Origin: a virus
Taxonomy: Duplodnaviria > Caudoviricetes
Virus record (IMG/VR): IMGVR_UViG_3300027741_000085
Location: 1 to 54,249 of that record
Length of the DNA: 54,249 nt
Direction: 5' to 3' (one strand)
Shown: in pieces, positions 17,448 through 27,158 of the stretch
Layout: every line of letters starts with the position of its first letter
How positions within the stretch are numbered: the first letter of the stretch is position 1
The notes under the pieces: model-generated
What the model was told of the DNA's origin: nothing
Databases searched by the model: none
What the model saw: only the letters and a program-made list of their open reading frames with translations
Translations under genes and position numbers: made by a program

Positions 17448-18299
17448 ATGAACGTCGCCTTTTATCCCAAGAAGCATACGATTGTCGGCAGCAGTGTCGC
17501 CAGTTTTGCGCCGCAGGGGTTTAAAGGGATTTTGGATGCTTACGCCTCATCCATTTATGATGCATGGGATGTGCAACGAAGACTCTTAGTTACATCTCCC
17601 GTGAACCTAATACGGGTGCGGCGTAGTTTGGATAGTTTGGAGACGGATATAGGGACAAGCGGCGGCAATCTTGATACTACAGCGTTACTTGCATGGACAG
17701 GCTCAGGAAGTGGTTATGTCACGAAGCTGTATGGCACAACAGGAGATCTTGTTCAAGCGACGGCAGCACGGCAGTTGAGAATTGTCAATGCAGGCTCGCT
17801 AGTGACCGATTCCAGCGGACGCCCGACCATGGAATATCCAAGCGCTGGAGTGTTTAATTACATACTGTCCATCACAGCCACGGCTACATTCACGCAGTTC
17901 ATTACCTGCCAGCCTGTTAGCACAACGGGAACAACTACTTTTGGCGGTTCATTCCGAACTGGAGACTTGGACCTTTGGGGTGTTGGAATGACAAGCACTA
18001 ACTGGCTAGCCATTAATTCAGTGTATGCTTATTCTATCACTTTAGCTGGAGCCGCAGCCGGATCAAGGAAAGCTATTGGAAGCGCTTTTAGATCATTGTC
18101 TAGCATCGTCACATGGAACTTACGTGAAGGTGCAAATAACGGCACAACAACGTTTAGCGGGAACTCTACGGGATCGAGTGTTCAGCTTGGCAGAACAGGG
18201 GCGGGCCGCAGTGGAGATAAAATCAGCGGCATTGTTCATTCTAATTCATTTTTATCCAACACCACAATGGACGCCATTAATACCATTTTAGCTGCTTAA
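17448..18299 (+). CDS. ConA-like / arabinofuranosidase-B-like lectin-fold virion protein
   Basis: RRL...IRVRRS.D..E.DIG...LDT.ALL.W.G.GSGYV.KLY pattern. Confidence 0.6.
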   Translation: MNVAFYPKKHTIVGSSVASFAPQGFKGILDAYASSIYDAWDVQRRLLVTSPVNLIRVRRSLDSLETDIGTSGGNLDTTALLAWTGSGSGYVTKLYGTTGDLVQATAARQLRIVNAGSLVTDSSGRPTMEYPSAGVFNYILSITATATFTQFITCQPVSTTGTTTFGGSFRTGDLDLWGVGMTSTNWLAINSVYAYSITLAGAAAGSRKAIGSAFRSLSSIVTWNLREGANNGTTTFSGNSTGSSVQLGRTGAGRSGDKISGIVHSNSFLSNTTMDAINTILAA

Positions 18300-18301
18300 T
18301 C

Positions 18302-18706
18302 ATGATCCGCTACATCCCAACCTCTGGTTCTAACACGGCTGCATTACTCAGTGATGCGCTGTGGGCGCTTACTGTGCCAGAAGATTTACGGGGTGATAAT
18401 ACCACGTCGAAGATGTTCGCTTCCATCGTCTGCCTAGACCAAAGCGTTTGGCTGGAAGTGAATACGGAGTTTGATATTCCCGTTCATGCGCAAGCGGTGC
18501 TGAATGGCCTGGCTGACATCCTTCAGCCGTGGATCAACAGCGCTTTGTTACCTGCGGACACGAACACGATTCTGGCAGCGTTCATCGAATCCAAACGCGG
18601 CCAACGGCTTGTCGTCTATGACGCTTTCCCGCAGCTCTTCAAAGATCAAAGCAAGACGTATGATGAGCTTGTAGCTCTCGGACTCCTTCACTCTTCTGAT
18701 CTGTGA
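18302..18706 (+). CDS. Hypothetical protein
   Basis: ORF track. Confidence 0.65.
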   Translation: MIRYIPTSGSNTAALLSDALWALTVPEDLRGDNTTSKMFASIVCLDQSVWLEVNTEFDIPVHAQAVLNGLADILQPWINSALLPADTNTILAAFIESKRGQRLVVYDAFPQLFKDQSKTYDELVALGLLHSSDL

Positions 18707-19176
18707 TGAAGATTTACCACTATCTCCCCAGAGGACCATTTCAAACGCTGGACGGCTACGATGCTGCGCTTGCGCTCAGGGATGCCCTTAAGCGATGGGA
18801 GAAAAGCGGATTAGTAAAGTTTATCGAAGGCACTGGAGAGAATCAGCTTGTCTTTGAGTTTGGTGAACTGGACGAGGCTGTAGTTGCTCATACCTACCTA
18901 CCCGAACGCCAAGGCGATGCGACGAAGATTGTTTTGAACGACGAGAAGGTTTGGAGTCTTGCCACGGGTATCTGGAACGTCTTTACGTTTGGAGCCGTGA
19001 ATACGGTCGCCGTGATCGGTCATGAAGTAGGCCATGCGTTAGGCTTTCAACACGCCCCGCCAGATGTGGCGAGTGTCATGGTGCATAACGATGACAAGGC
19101 CCGTGTGTATCAATCCAGATACCCGACGGCCTATGATTACCGAGTCTTGGAACTTTCACAATTGGATGCGTCATGA
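18703..19176 (+). CDS. Matrixin-like zinc metalloprotease
   Basis: HEVGHALGFQH plus the SVM Met-turn. Confidence 0.85.
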   Translation: MMKIYHYLPRGPFQTLDGYDAALALRDALKRWEKSGLVKFIEGTGENQLVFEFGELDEAVVAHTYLPERQGDATKIVLNDEKVWSLATGIWNVFTFGAVNTVAVIGHEVGHALGFQHAPPDVASVMVHNDDKARVYQSRYPTAYDYRVLELSQLDAS

Positions 19177-19334
19177 GTTACCCCTCACCCGCAGATTCTA
19201 ACACTCAGCATGGATGCGCTTTGTTCGCATTTATGCTGATTGTGGCGGCTGCGGTGCTTTGCGCCTTGTGCGCTGCGGGAGATGCAGGCGTGAAGTCACA
19301 GGAACTACCACACATTACCATTTTACCCCAATGA
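19173..19334 (+). CDS. Small membrane protein (53 aa, not in the ORF track)
   Basis: ATGA overlaps at both ends; transmembrane stretch ALFAFMLIVAAAVLCALC. Confidence 0.5.
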   Translation: MSYPSPADSNTQHGCALFAFMLIVAAAVLCALCAAGDAGVKSQELPHITILPQ

Positions 19335-19675
19335 CTGCTATCGCCCGCTCTATTTATAACGACATCCCGGCTTGGATTGTGCGAGGAATTATCATCGCTT
19401 TTGGTGGCTTAACTTTTGGGTATGTCGTCTTTTGGTCAGACGACCATAATGATTCACGATACATCAAACAGATGGATTGGAAGCGTGAGCATGATCGCGA
19501 TGTAGACATTCAGAAAGACAGTTCAGACAGGCTTAAGGCCGTGGAACACGCGCAACGTTCTAACGAACTGGTAAACATGTCTGTTTCTAAGGATCTGAGT
19601 TCCCTCAAAGAAGGGCAAGGACGTTTAGAAAAGCATCTCGAAGAAATAAGCATGTCGTTAAAATCCAAGCCATGA
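19331..19675 (+). CDS. Membrane-anchored coiled-coil protein (lysis-associated)
   Basis: One transmembrane segment followed by a coiled coil. Confidence 0.55.
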   Translation: MTAIARSIYNDIPAWIVRGIIIAFGGLTFGYVVFWSDDHNDSRYIKQMDWKREHDRDVDIQKDSSDRLKAVEHAQRSNELVNMSVSKDLSSLKEGQGRLEKHLEEISMSLKSKP

Positions 19676-19869
19676 GAACGCTGCTTCCCTTTCTTTTCAT
19701 TTTGAGCGCGTGCTCATCCCCTCCACTGCCGCCGCATGTGATCCAATACAGCGGGAAAGGCACGCTAACGGTGACGGTGCAACGGGACCAAGCCAATAAC
19801 ATCTTTACCTCATGGGGCGAGAGCCTCGGAGGAATCGCTAAACAACTGCTACCCTTCATCGGATTATGA
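19672..19869 (+). CDS. Small lipoprotein
   Basis: LSAC lipobox. Confidence 0.6.
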   Translation: MRTLLPFLFILSACSSPPLPPHVIQYSGKGTLTVTVQRDQANNIFTSWGESLGGIAKQLLPFIGL

Positions 19870-20300
19870 ACTTCTTCCAGAAAGCTGAACAAGAAATCCT
19901 TGCGATTTATCACAAGATGCTGACCCCAGGCAATGAGGCGATCATCATTGGTCAGATTGCCTTGGTGAATAAAAATCCAGACACAGCTAATAAGCTGGGG
20001 GATGAAAAGCATTTCATTCTTGCGAGCATCGTCGCTGAACTGCTGTCTATCTCAGAAGCGGTGGCGCATACGTTGGTGAAGATCGTTTTCCAACGAGTCG
20101 AAGAGAAATCGCCAGAAATCTTGAAGCCGTTGGAAAAGCAGATTGAAGACGCGGCTCAAGCTTCGGTGACAAGTGCTGCGGCACAGGCTGAGGCCAAGCT
20201 AACGACCAACCCTTTAGCCGCTATCGCTACAGCGCCCGCTCCAACATCGCCCCCAACGGAAACAGTCGCCCCTGGTGCTGACCCCGTGGGAAAACCTTAA
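19866..20300 (+). CDS. Hypothetical protein
   Basis: Translationally coupled ORF. Confidence 0.6.
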   Translation: MNFFQKAEQEILAIYHKMLTPGNEAIIIGQIALVNKNPDTANKLGDEKHFILASIVAELLSISEAVAHTLVKIVFQRVEEKSPEILKPLEKQIEDAAQASVTSAAAQAEAKLTTNPLAAIATAPAPTSPPTETVAPGADPVGKP

Positions 20301-20476
20301 CCCTGTCGCCATTTGCGCGGATGGCAGGGTGGATCAAGCAAGCAAGGTTGAGTTTAGCGGCGCTCATTGCGCCGAGTGCTCCTAAACCGCAAAATGGAGC
20401 GATGCTAAACCGAGTCATTCAAGATCAAACGGAGATTGTGCCACGGAAGAAATTGGAACCCTTAGCCACCTGACTT

Positions 20477-20788
20477 ATGCCTATCATCGAATCCCTTGAG
20501 AACCGCGCTCTTCAATGGGCGTTTCAGAAATACTTGCTCAATGCTTTGCGGCATTGGAAGACAACGTTGGCGGGCGTGATCACGCTCATTTCCGCTCTCG
20601 GGATGACGTTGAATTATGTGCAGCAATGCATTGCTAATCCTAGCGCGCTTGATGTCGCCCACATCGGCAGCATTGGCACGGTGTATGCCATTGCGTTTGG
20701 GCTTATCAGCGGGAAAGACATGGGCACTACAGACGTGGCTTTTGATAGCAACGGTTTAGCAATCCCTAAAGGTGAGACAGTGAAATAA
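20477..20788 (+). CDS. Holin-like membrane protein
   Basis: WKTTLAG...two transmembrane segments...GKD; directly upstream of the hydrolase. Confidence 0.6.
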   Translation: MPIIESLENRALQWAFQKYLLNALRHWKTTLAGVITLISALGMTLNYVQQCIANPSALDVAHIGSIGTVYAIAFGLISGKDMGTTDVAFDSNGLAIPKGETVK

Positions 20789-20854
20789 CGATGTTTGAAT
20801 GGCTAAGTAAAATCGAAGACGCTCCCCTGCCACCTCCTACCCGTGAGGACATCT

Positions 20855-21481
20855 ATGGATAACACCCGAAAGATCATCGCAACCATCGCTAATACCAATG
20901 TGTATTGGGATGGTGAGTGCATGGAGTTTATCGCGGGAATGCAAGTGGATGCTGACGGCAGCCCGAAAGCCTATCATGCGACTGATCCCCACGGCGGACT
21001 CGATGATTGGTCTTCGGCTGGTTATCCCAATGGGCATTATCAAGACATCCTCGTGTGTGATGAAGCGGGAAAGCCGATTGTGCAAACGGGGCTGTCTGCC
21101 GGAGATCCAGCGAAGGGTTACTTTATCTCAGCTACCAGTCTGCAACGTCCCAACTATTCCAAACAGGATGTGCGGCGCTACGTTGATGCAGCCGTGATTC
21201 CTTACGCGGTGATCAATGGGGCGCTGAAAAAGATGGTTGAGCCTAAGTTTCTCGGCTGCCGTGTTGAAGTGGAAAACATGCGCTTAGGTCGGACTTATAA
21301 TGCCGTGTGCGCGGATGTGGGACCGGCTAATAAGCTTGGAGAAGGAAGCATTGCCCTAGCTCATTTTGTGGGCTATCCGAAAGCTTCGCCTCGGAATGGA
21401 ATCGATGACAAGATTTTCAGATGGCGCTTTTATCCGGGGCAATCGGCCACGATCAATAATGAAAAGTGGGCCTGTGTGTAG
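20855..21481 (+). CDS. Glycoside hydrolase family 75 (chitosanase-like), candidate endolysin
   Basis: VDADG, SATSL, YVDA..IPY.V and DVGP..KLGEGSIALA motifs. Confidence 0.75.
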   Translation: MDNTRKIIATIANTNVYWDGECMEFIAGMQVDADGSPKAYHATDPHGGLDDWSSAGYPNGHYQDILVCDEAGKPIVQTGLSAGDPAKGYFISATSLQRPNYSKQDVRRYVDAAVIPYAVINGALKKMVEPKFLGCRVEVENMRLGRTYNAVCADVGPANKLGEGSIALAHFVGYPKASPRNGIDDKIFRWRFYPGQSATINNEKWACV

Positions 21482-21528
21482 CCAGCCAAATTAGTTGACA
21501 ATAGTTATCTTAACCGCACTTTCCAGTA

Positions 21529-22575
21529 ATGCCTGACTTCGCTCCCATGCCCTCCCTTGCAGATGATGCCGACGCTAACACGTGGGACATCCTCAACGCG
21601 GCTATTCAAGGGACTGCCCTTCCTGCTGCTGCGCCTGCTACTCCGGTCACTGTAGAGACGCCTGCCGCGCCTACGCCTACCCCTGCGGCGGAAGTCGTAA
21701 CGCCGCCCGTGGTTGAACCAACGGAGACGCCCGCAGAAGGCACCATCATTGATCCCGCTGAAGAAGTGGATGATGATGTGGGAAACATCCGCCCGGAAAA
21801 GGGAAAGGCCATCCGCCTTAAAGGACCAGACTTTCACTTCGCTGCTTTGACCAAATCAGGAGTGTCTCCCGCCGAGGCATTCCAGCAAGCGTATGGCACT
21901 TCTCCGACTCACCTTGAGGAGACGCCTGCGCCGAATGAGCAAGGTGCCGCGAATCAAAACCAAACCCAAACTTCTGCTCAAATCGAAGCGCAGATAGCAG
22001 CCCTTGAAGCTGAGCTCCTGGACGCAGGCGCGAACGAAGGATTGCTAACAACTGACATCGCTAAGAAGCAGATTGAACACGCGAAACTGTGCGCGCAACT
22101 CCAACCGATCAAGCAACAAGAGGCGCAAGCCCATGATGCGGAAGAGGTCCAGTTCGCCACCGCTCGCAATGATTCACTTGAGAAAGCGAAGGCATTACAT
22201 CCAGACGCGGCTAATCCTGATAGCGTGCTGGGCAAAGCTGTTGCTCAGGTGCTCGGTGAGCTTCCTGAACAAGTGCTAGCTTTACCGAATGCGCCAGAAA
22301 TAGCTATTAGCATGGCGTTCACCCGCACAGGTGTTACCCCTGTTACCAACAAAACTCCATCGAATCCTCTTCAGACGCAGCCGTTACCGGCGCGGACGAT
22401 GATTCCGCCGGTGCTTCCTGGTAATAACGGTGGTGGCGTCAATGGTCCGCCCGCTTATAGCGAGCAAGATTTGATGTCAACCCTTCAGGAAATGAGTCCT
22501 GAAGAACTGACAGCGGCCTTGTTTACCCCTCCTGCTAATAATGGCCGGTGGGCAAACATGCCGATGATCCGCTAA
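21529..22575 (+). CDS. Capsid scaffolding protein
   Basis: Acidic, Pro/Ala-rich, coiled coil; just upstream of the capsid gene. Confidence 0.65.
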   Translation: MPDFAPMPSLADDADANTWDILNAAIQGTALPAAAPATPVTVETPAAPTPTPAAEVVTPPVVEPTETPAEGTIIDPAEEVDDDVGNIRPEKGKAIRLKGPDFHFAALTKSGVSPAEAFQQAYGTSPTHLEETPAPNEQGAANQNQTQTSAQIEAQIAALEAELLDAGANEGLLTTDIAKKQIEHAKLCAQLQPIKQQEAQAHDAEEVQFATARNDSLEKAKALHPDAANPDSVLGKAVAQVLGELPEQVLALPNAPEIAISMAFTRTGVTPVTNKTPSNPLQTQPLPARTMIPPVLPGNNGGGVNGPPAYSEQDLMSTLQEMSPEELTAALFTPPANNGRWANMPMIR

Positions 22576-22790
22576 TCTTTAGTCAACGATATACCCCCAA
22601 AGCCGCTCTTTTTAAAGGGCGGTCAGTTCATCTCCAGACCAACAGAGAGCCGACGTAAGATCGCTTTCAGGCGGAGAGACTGGATGAGGCGAAGCCCATC
22701 CTACCCGCAAACCGTTCACCTAGCCGCCGGCGTGTGCCGTGATGTGCCGTGGGTGGGCCTTAACGCAACAACGTCTCTCTTTTTACGGCC

Positions 22791-24275
22791 ATGGCCTCAT
22801 ATACCAAACTCAATGTTCAGACAGTATCCGACATGCTGTCGCAGAACTCCAATGCCCAAGTAACGGCATGGGTGATGCGCGCTTTGCAACTCGGAAAAGC
22901 ATCGTGTGTCTTTTATGACAACTTTATCGGGGGCACCGGCAGCGGTAAGCCCATTATTGAAATGTCCGACATGAACGTGAAAGCGGGTAACACGCTGGTC
23001 GTTCCTACGCTGGCCCGCCTCGGTGGTCCAGGTGTGCAGGGCAACGGTGAGCGCACCGGTCAGGAAGAAAAGATGCGTCAAGGCAGCTTTACGACCAAGA
23101 CAGGCCGCCACTGGTGGGGCACCGCGCTTGATAGCGTCGCCAAGAACGAAACCGTCATCGGGACGCAGTGGGATCTTCTCCGCAATGAAGCCCTTGGGCA
23201 GCTTTGCAATAAGGAGAAATCCGACACCATTCAGATGGAACTGATCAATAACGCCTCAGGTCTGAACACGATCTACGCGAACAACGTTGGCTCCGTCGAA
23301 AACCTGCGCTCCAAGGATTACTTCCTTACCGACACCGTCAGCGAAGGGCAAGAAGTCCTCGCCACAAACGCCGCTAAGGGGATGAACATCCGTAAGAGCA
23401 CCGCTGGCGCTCCTTATCGCTGCTTCACTTACTACCTCCCTCACTTGGGAGCGAGTGCGATGAAGCGCACCACGAAATACAAGGATCTCATCCAATTCGC
23501 GAGTGAACGTGGCGACTTGAACCCTGGCTTCACGGGTGACTTCGCCATGATCGACGGTTGCGGGATCTACTCCGATGAAGTGGAGGATCATGATGCGTAT
23601 GGTCCGGTGGGTTCTCCTTGCCTTCCTCGCGCCCGTTTGGGTGTGGCCATCGCTGCGGGCACTGGCACCTTTGATATTCAAGGGGGTGGCAGTGCGGAAG
23701 GTGCGGCGCTTACGGCTCCGCTTTACTTCCGTTGGTTCAACAATTCGCTTTGGAGCAGCTTCAACGTGACCCGTCGACAGGCGTCCACCTCGACCACGCG
23801 CTATGTGCTGATCAAGAACGTGACGGGCTCTGATGCGGGCAAGTTCGGGATGTATTCCTACACCACGAACAACGGGAATAAGCTGACCATCGTGAACCGT
23901 CTTGGTAGTGCGGCCTCGAGTGCGCGCGTAACCACGCTGGGCAACGTGACTTGGAACACAGGTGTGTGGAATGGTCTGCATACCGACGTTCACCCTGTCG
24001 GTTCCATCGTGATGGAGTGCAACAGCTACGGTCAAACGTTCTGCTATGGCTTCGGCCTTGGTGAAATGGCCGCCGTTGCCGGCCATGCGAACATTGACGG
24101 AACGCTCGGCATCGGTATCCGCACCGAGGAACACCGCAACCACAACATGGACCACGCCATTGGCTTGGAAACGGCTTGGGGTTGCGCGGTTACTCAGCGC
24201 ACGGACGGCCTCGCGAACAACTACATCCTGACGGTGAGCGCCTACAACCCGCCCGGATTACCTAACATCGTCTAA
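22791..24275 (+). CDS. Major capsid protein (DUF4043/N4-gp56-like) with a beta-rich insertion
   Basis: AGNTL.VP...RL.GPGV.G....GQEE.M and F.G....IDG..I motifs; position after the scaffold gene. Confidence 0.8.
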   Translation: MASYTKLNVQTVSDMLSQNSNAQVTAWVMRALQLGKASCVFYDNFIGGTGSGKPIIEMSDMNVKAGNTLVVPTLARLGGPGVQGNGERTGQEEKMRQGSFTTKTGRHWWGTALDSVAKNETVIGTQWDLLRNEALGQLCNKEKSDTIQMELINNASGLNTIYANNVGSVENLRSKDYFLTDTVSEGQEVLATNAAKGMNIRKSTAGAPYRCFTYYLPHLGASAMKRTTKYKDLIQFASERGDLNPGFTGDFAMIDGCGIYSDEVEDHDAYGPVGSPCLPRARLGVAIAAGTGTFDIQGGGSAEGAALTAPLYFRWFNNSLWSSFNVTRRQASTSTTRYVLIKNVTGSDAGKFGMYSYTTNNGNKLTIVNRLGSAASSARVTTLGNVTWNTGVWNGLHTDVHPVGSIVMECNSYGQTFCYGFGLGEMAAVAGHANIDGTLGIGIRTEEHRNHNMDHAIGLETAWGCAVTQRTDGLANNYILTVSAYNPPGLPNIV

Positions 24276-24343
24276 CGACGGTTTGATAATTAGTTGACGA
24301 TGTGAAGCGGTGCGGCGAAGGTCGCACCGCTTCCTTTGTTCTT

Positions 24344-24826
24344 ATGACGACTCCCACTATCACCTACGTCCTTGAGTGTCCTGATGCCCGTGTGAACGAT
24401 CCCGTCGAAGGGAAAAGCGGCAAGGTGTATGGGGTCTATTTGAGGGATGCGGTAACCAGCGTTCCTACGCTGCGGATGACAGCGGCACAGTTTGAGGAAG
24501 CGAGGAAAGATTTGTTTGGTTATCAGCGCAGGCATAACCACATCATCCCACGGGTCGAGATTGAAGGAAGTGAGCCTGAGAAGAAGGCTCCTAAAGAACC
24601 TGATCAGAAAAAGGAAAAGGAAGAACCAAAGCGTTCACACAAGAAAAAAACTTTACCGGAAGTTCCAAAATCACAGGATGGAGAAGCGGCATCTCACCAG
24701 TCTCATAATCTGGAGAACGAGGGTTCAAATCCCTCTCCTGTAACCCCTCCTCCTGCTGCCGCGCCGGCGCCAGCATCTTCTGCACCCTTAAAAACAACGC
24801 CTGACGGGAAGGTGAAGAAATACTGA
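24344..24826 (+). CDS. Hypothetical protein with a low-complexity C-terminus
   Basis: ATG at 24344; Lys/Glu/Pro-rich tail. Confidence 0.6.
   Translation: MTTPTITYVLECPDARVNDPVEGKSGKVYGVYLRDAVTSVPTLRMTAAQFEEARKDLFGYQRRHNHIIPRVEIEGSEPEKKAPKEPDQKKEKEEPKRSHKKKTLPEVPKSQDGEAASHQSHNLENEGSNPSPVTPPPAAAPAPASSAPLKTTPDGKVKKY
24672..24743 (+). tRNA. tRNA-Met(CAT), initiator-like cloverleaf, inside a CDS
   Basis: Acceptor CACAGGA/TCCTGTA with C1:A72 mismatch; D stem GAGA/TCTC; anticodon loop CTCATAA; T arm GAGGG-TTCAAAT-CCCTC; followed by CCC rather than CCA. Confidence 0.75.
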
Positions 24827-24842
24827 CCAAAACTAAGACTTC

Positions 24843-25775
24843 ATGGCTGCTACCTCTCCAGTTAAGCTACGGGACATGCTCCTTAATATGGTGGGAGTAA
24901 CCGATGTTTCAGCCCTTGATGTCATTGGCGCGGATACAAAAGATCAATATCTAAACCGTATTCAAAGCGACATAAATACGGCGCTGCAAAAACTGTATGC
25001 CGTGATGCCTGATCACGTTCTGCAACGGAATGATTTTAAAGTCATTTATCCACCTACAACACTCACCCTTACAGGATTGGGTGCTTATAATAAGTCATTT
25101 GTTAGCTCAACACCTTTTTCAGGTTGGATGAATGGTTGCACCATCCGCATTGATGGAGATCCCAATGACAACCGAATCATTGATGCTACGACCTTGGAAG
25201 CTCCTTACATGGGGACTTCTGGAACGCGCACCGCGACTGTTTTCTGTGACTGTATTCTTCCAACGAGCAACATCGCAAGTGTGGATGCGCCTGTGAGACT
25301 TGGCAGCCAACCTTATCCCGATTTGGTGCCTGTCGTCGCACGAGCTAATCTAATGGATAGCTGGTTTATTCCTGTCTGGAATACAGGAGGGCTAACGGCT
25401 TGTATTACCCGGCCCATTCGCCGTCCGCAACTTTACTTTGTGGAAGCGATGACTTCTAACAATGTGATCAAGCCTCGCATTTTATTGGATACCTTGCCGG
25501 AAGCTGCTTACCGTTTGGACTTCAATACTCATTTAGCTGCACCACGTTTTGAAGTAAGTGATTTAACGAGCACTACGCCGATTGATTTACCTTTAGGCTA
25601 TGGAGAGTCTATTCTAGAACCTTTGGTTAGGGCAGAGTTTTCTTCTTTTGAAGCGTTTAACGGTGATAGTAAAGCCTACATGAAAGCGGCTGAGGTTGCT
25701 CTTCAAACAGTAGGCAGCGTAGCCAAGTTTCAAACCCATGTAAGTAACTACACGCGGGTAAACCCTCACGAGTAA
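24843..25775 (+). CDS. Head-tail adaptor / tail tubular-like protein
   Basis: Position after the capsid; IN.ALQ, P..Y, P.AAY.L and P...LP..Y...L patterns. Confidence 0.55.
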   Translation: MAATSPVKLRDMLLNMVGVTDVSALDVIGADTKDQYLNRIQSDINTALQKLYAVMPDHVLQRNDFKVIYPPTTLTLTGLGAYNKSFVSSTPFSGWMNGCTIRIDGDPNDNRIIDATTLEAPYMGTSGTRTATVFCDCILPTSNIASVDAPVRLGSQPYPDLVPVVARANLMDSWFIPVWNTGGLTACITRPIRRPQLYFVEAMTSNNVIKPRILLDTLPEAAYRLDFNTHLAAPRFEVSDLTSTTPIDLPLGYGESILEPLVRAEFSSFEAFNGDSKAYMKAAEVALQTVGSVAKFQTHVSNYTRVNPHE

Positions 25776-25781
25776 ACGATT

Positions 25782-26384
25782 ATGGCGTTACACAATTACT
25801 ACGTTTATTTTAATGATGGAACTTTTCAAGCGGTGCCTCAGTCGAAGCCGCCTGTATTAGTAGGTGTTTCCGTTGCGATGGGCACGTATCGCGATTTGAA
25901 CGGGGCGGGCACGCAAACAAACATCCCCACGAGCAGCAGTTCTTTGGGCAATGAATCAGGTTCAGGCACCAAAGCCGTCAATAGCAGCACGCCTTCATCT
26001 GTTGCAATCGGAACTGGAGATGGCGCCACCAATACGTTGCAACATCAGACAAATAACACTTCTGATGTAAGCAATACTTCTAAAGTGTCATCCTCTGCAA
26101 GTGAAGGCTCAGGAGGCATTTTAAATAATCAAGGCGTTGCAGTAGCCGGCACGGGTCATGATGTGCTGACGACGTTGAGCGCAGACGGTTCCAATGTTGT
26201 TAAAGCGACGGCTCCAAATGTGTATTCGTTTCCTGATGACATCACACACATTCCGCCACGCCCTAAAACTGAAACGTGGTCCCATTGGGAGTTTCGAGAT
26301 GATAATGATGATTTACTAGCCTCACCCAGATATGAGGATGTCCTCAACTTTTCAACGTTGCCTCCTCAAGTCTTAATCGCGTAA
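25782..26384 (+). CDS. Structural protein (Ser/Thr/Gly-rich)
   Basis: ORF track. Confidence 0.6.
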   Translation: MALHNYYVYFNDGTFQAVPQSKPPVLVGVSVAMGTYRDLNGAGTQTNIPTSSSSLGNESGSGTKAVNSSTPSSVAIGTGDGATNTLQHQTNNTSDVSNTSKVSSSASEGSGGILNNQGVAVAGTGHDVLTTLSADGSNVVKATAPNVYSFPDDITHIPPRPKTETWSHWEFRDDNDDLLASPRYEDVLNFSTLPPQVLIA

Positions 26385-26387
26385 CTT

Positions 26388-27158
26388 ATGGCTGAGAAAC
26401 CACCCGGATTTCGCATGGAGACGACATCACCGCATAGCCGCGATGATCTTCTACATGTCCCTTTCCAAATGGTGGCGATGTCGCCTGATACCCGCCCAAA
26501 TTTGGGTGAGAAGCTAAAAGATATTCGATTTGATGCCAATGCGCGCCCAAGCATTTCTAAATTCTCGGATTGGGTGTTAGTGGAAATTGACAGCGGATCG
26601 CTGGTGTTCGGTCAAAACAATCTTCCTACGGCGGCTTTAGCGCTGGAACCAAGTGATACGTTACATGATCGAGATCATTGGAGCTGGCCGACGGTGATAC
26701 GCGGTCAACCGATTTGGCAACATATTATTGGCACAGGTGGAAACTACTTGGAGACAAGAGTCATTATTGATGAAGTGCCAGAGCAAACGTTACCTACGTT
26801 TTTCCTAACGGAAATCTGGTGGACCACTGAACCTTGGCCGCTGGAATTACTTAAAACAAAGCAACCTCTCACTTCTCCCGTGGTGTGGGGCTATCCCGGA
26901 GCGCGAGGAAGTAGGCAAGCACTCCATGAAACTATCGACACGCCCCCACTAACGATCACTTCTATACGCGGACAAACGGCACCGGTTCATATTCCTTCCC
27001 GTCGTTTTCCTGGCACAGATTTCAAGCATTGGACCCGTTACGTGGTGTCTGATAAACAGCCCAAGATTCGAGGCCGTTATCGCCGTGAACGGCGCACGGC
27101 TATTCCTCCTTACGATTCACGTAAATATCCTAACCCACCTTTTGATTTGAGTTCATGA
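26388..27158 (+). CDS. Hypothetical tail-region protein
   Basis: ORF track. Confidence 0.6.
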   Translation: MAEKPPGFRMETTSPHSRDDLLHVPFQMVAMSPDTRPNLGEKLKDIRFDANARPSISKFSDWVLVEIDSGSLVFGQNNLPTAALALEPSDTLHDRDHWSWPTVIRGQPIWQHIIGTGGNYLETRVIIDEVPEQTLPTFFLTEIWWTTEPWPLELLKTKQPLTSPVVWGYPGARGSRQALHETIDTPPLTITSIRGQTAPVHIPSRRFPGTDFKHWTRYVVSDKQPKIRGRYRRERRTAIPPYDSRKYPNPPFDLSS

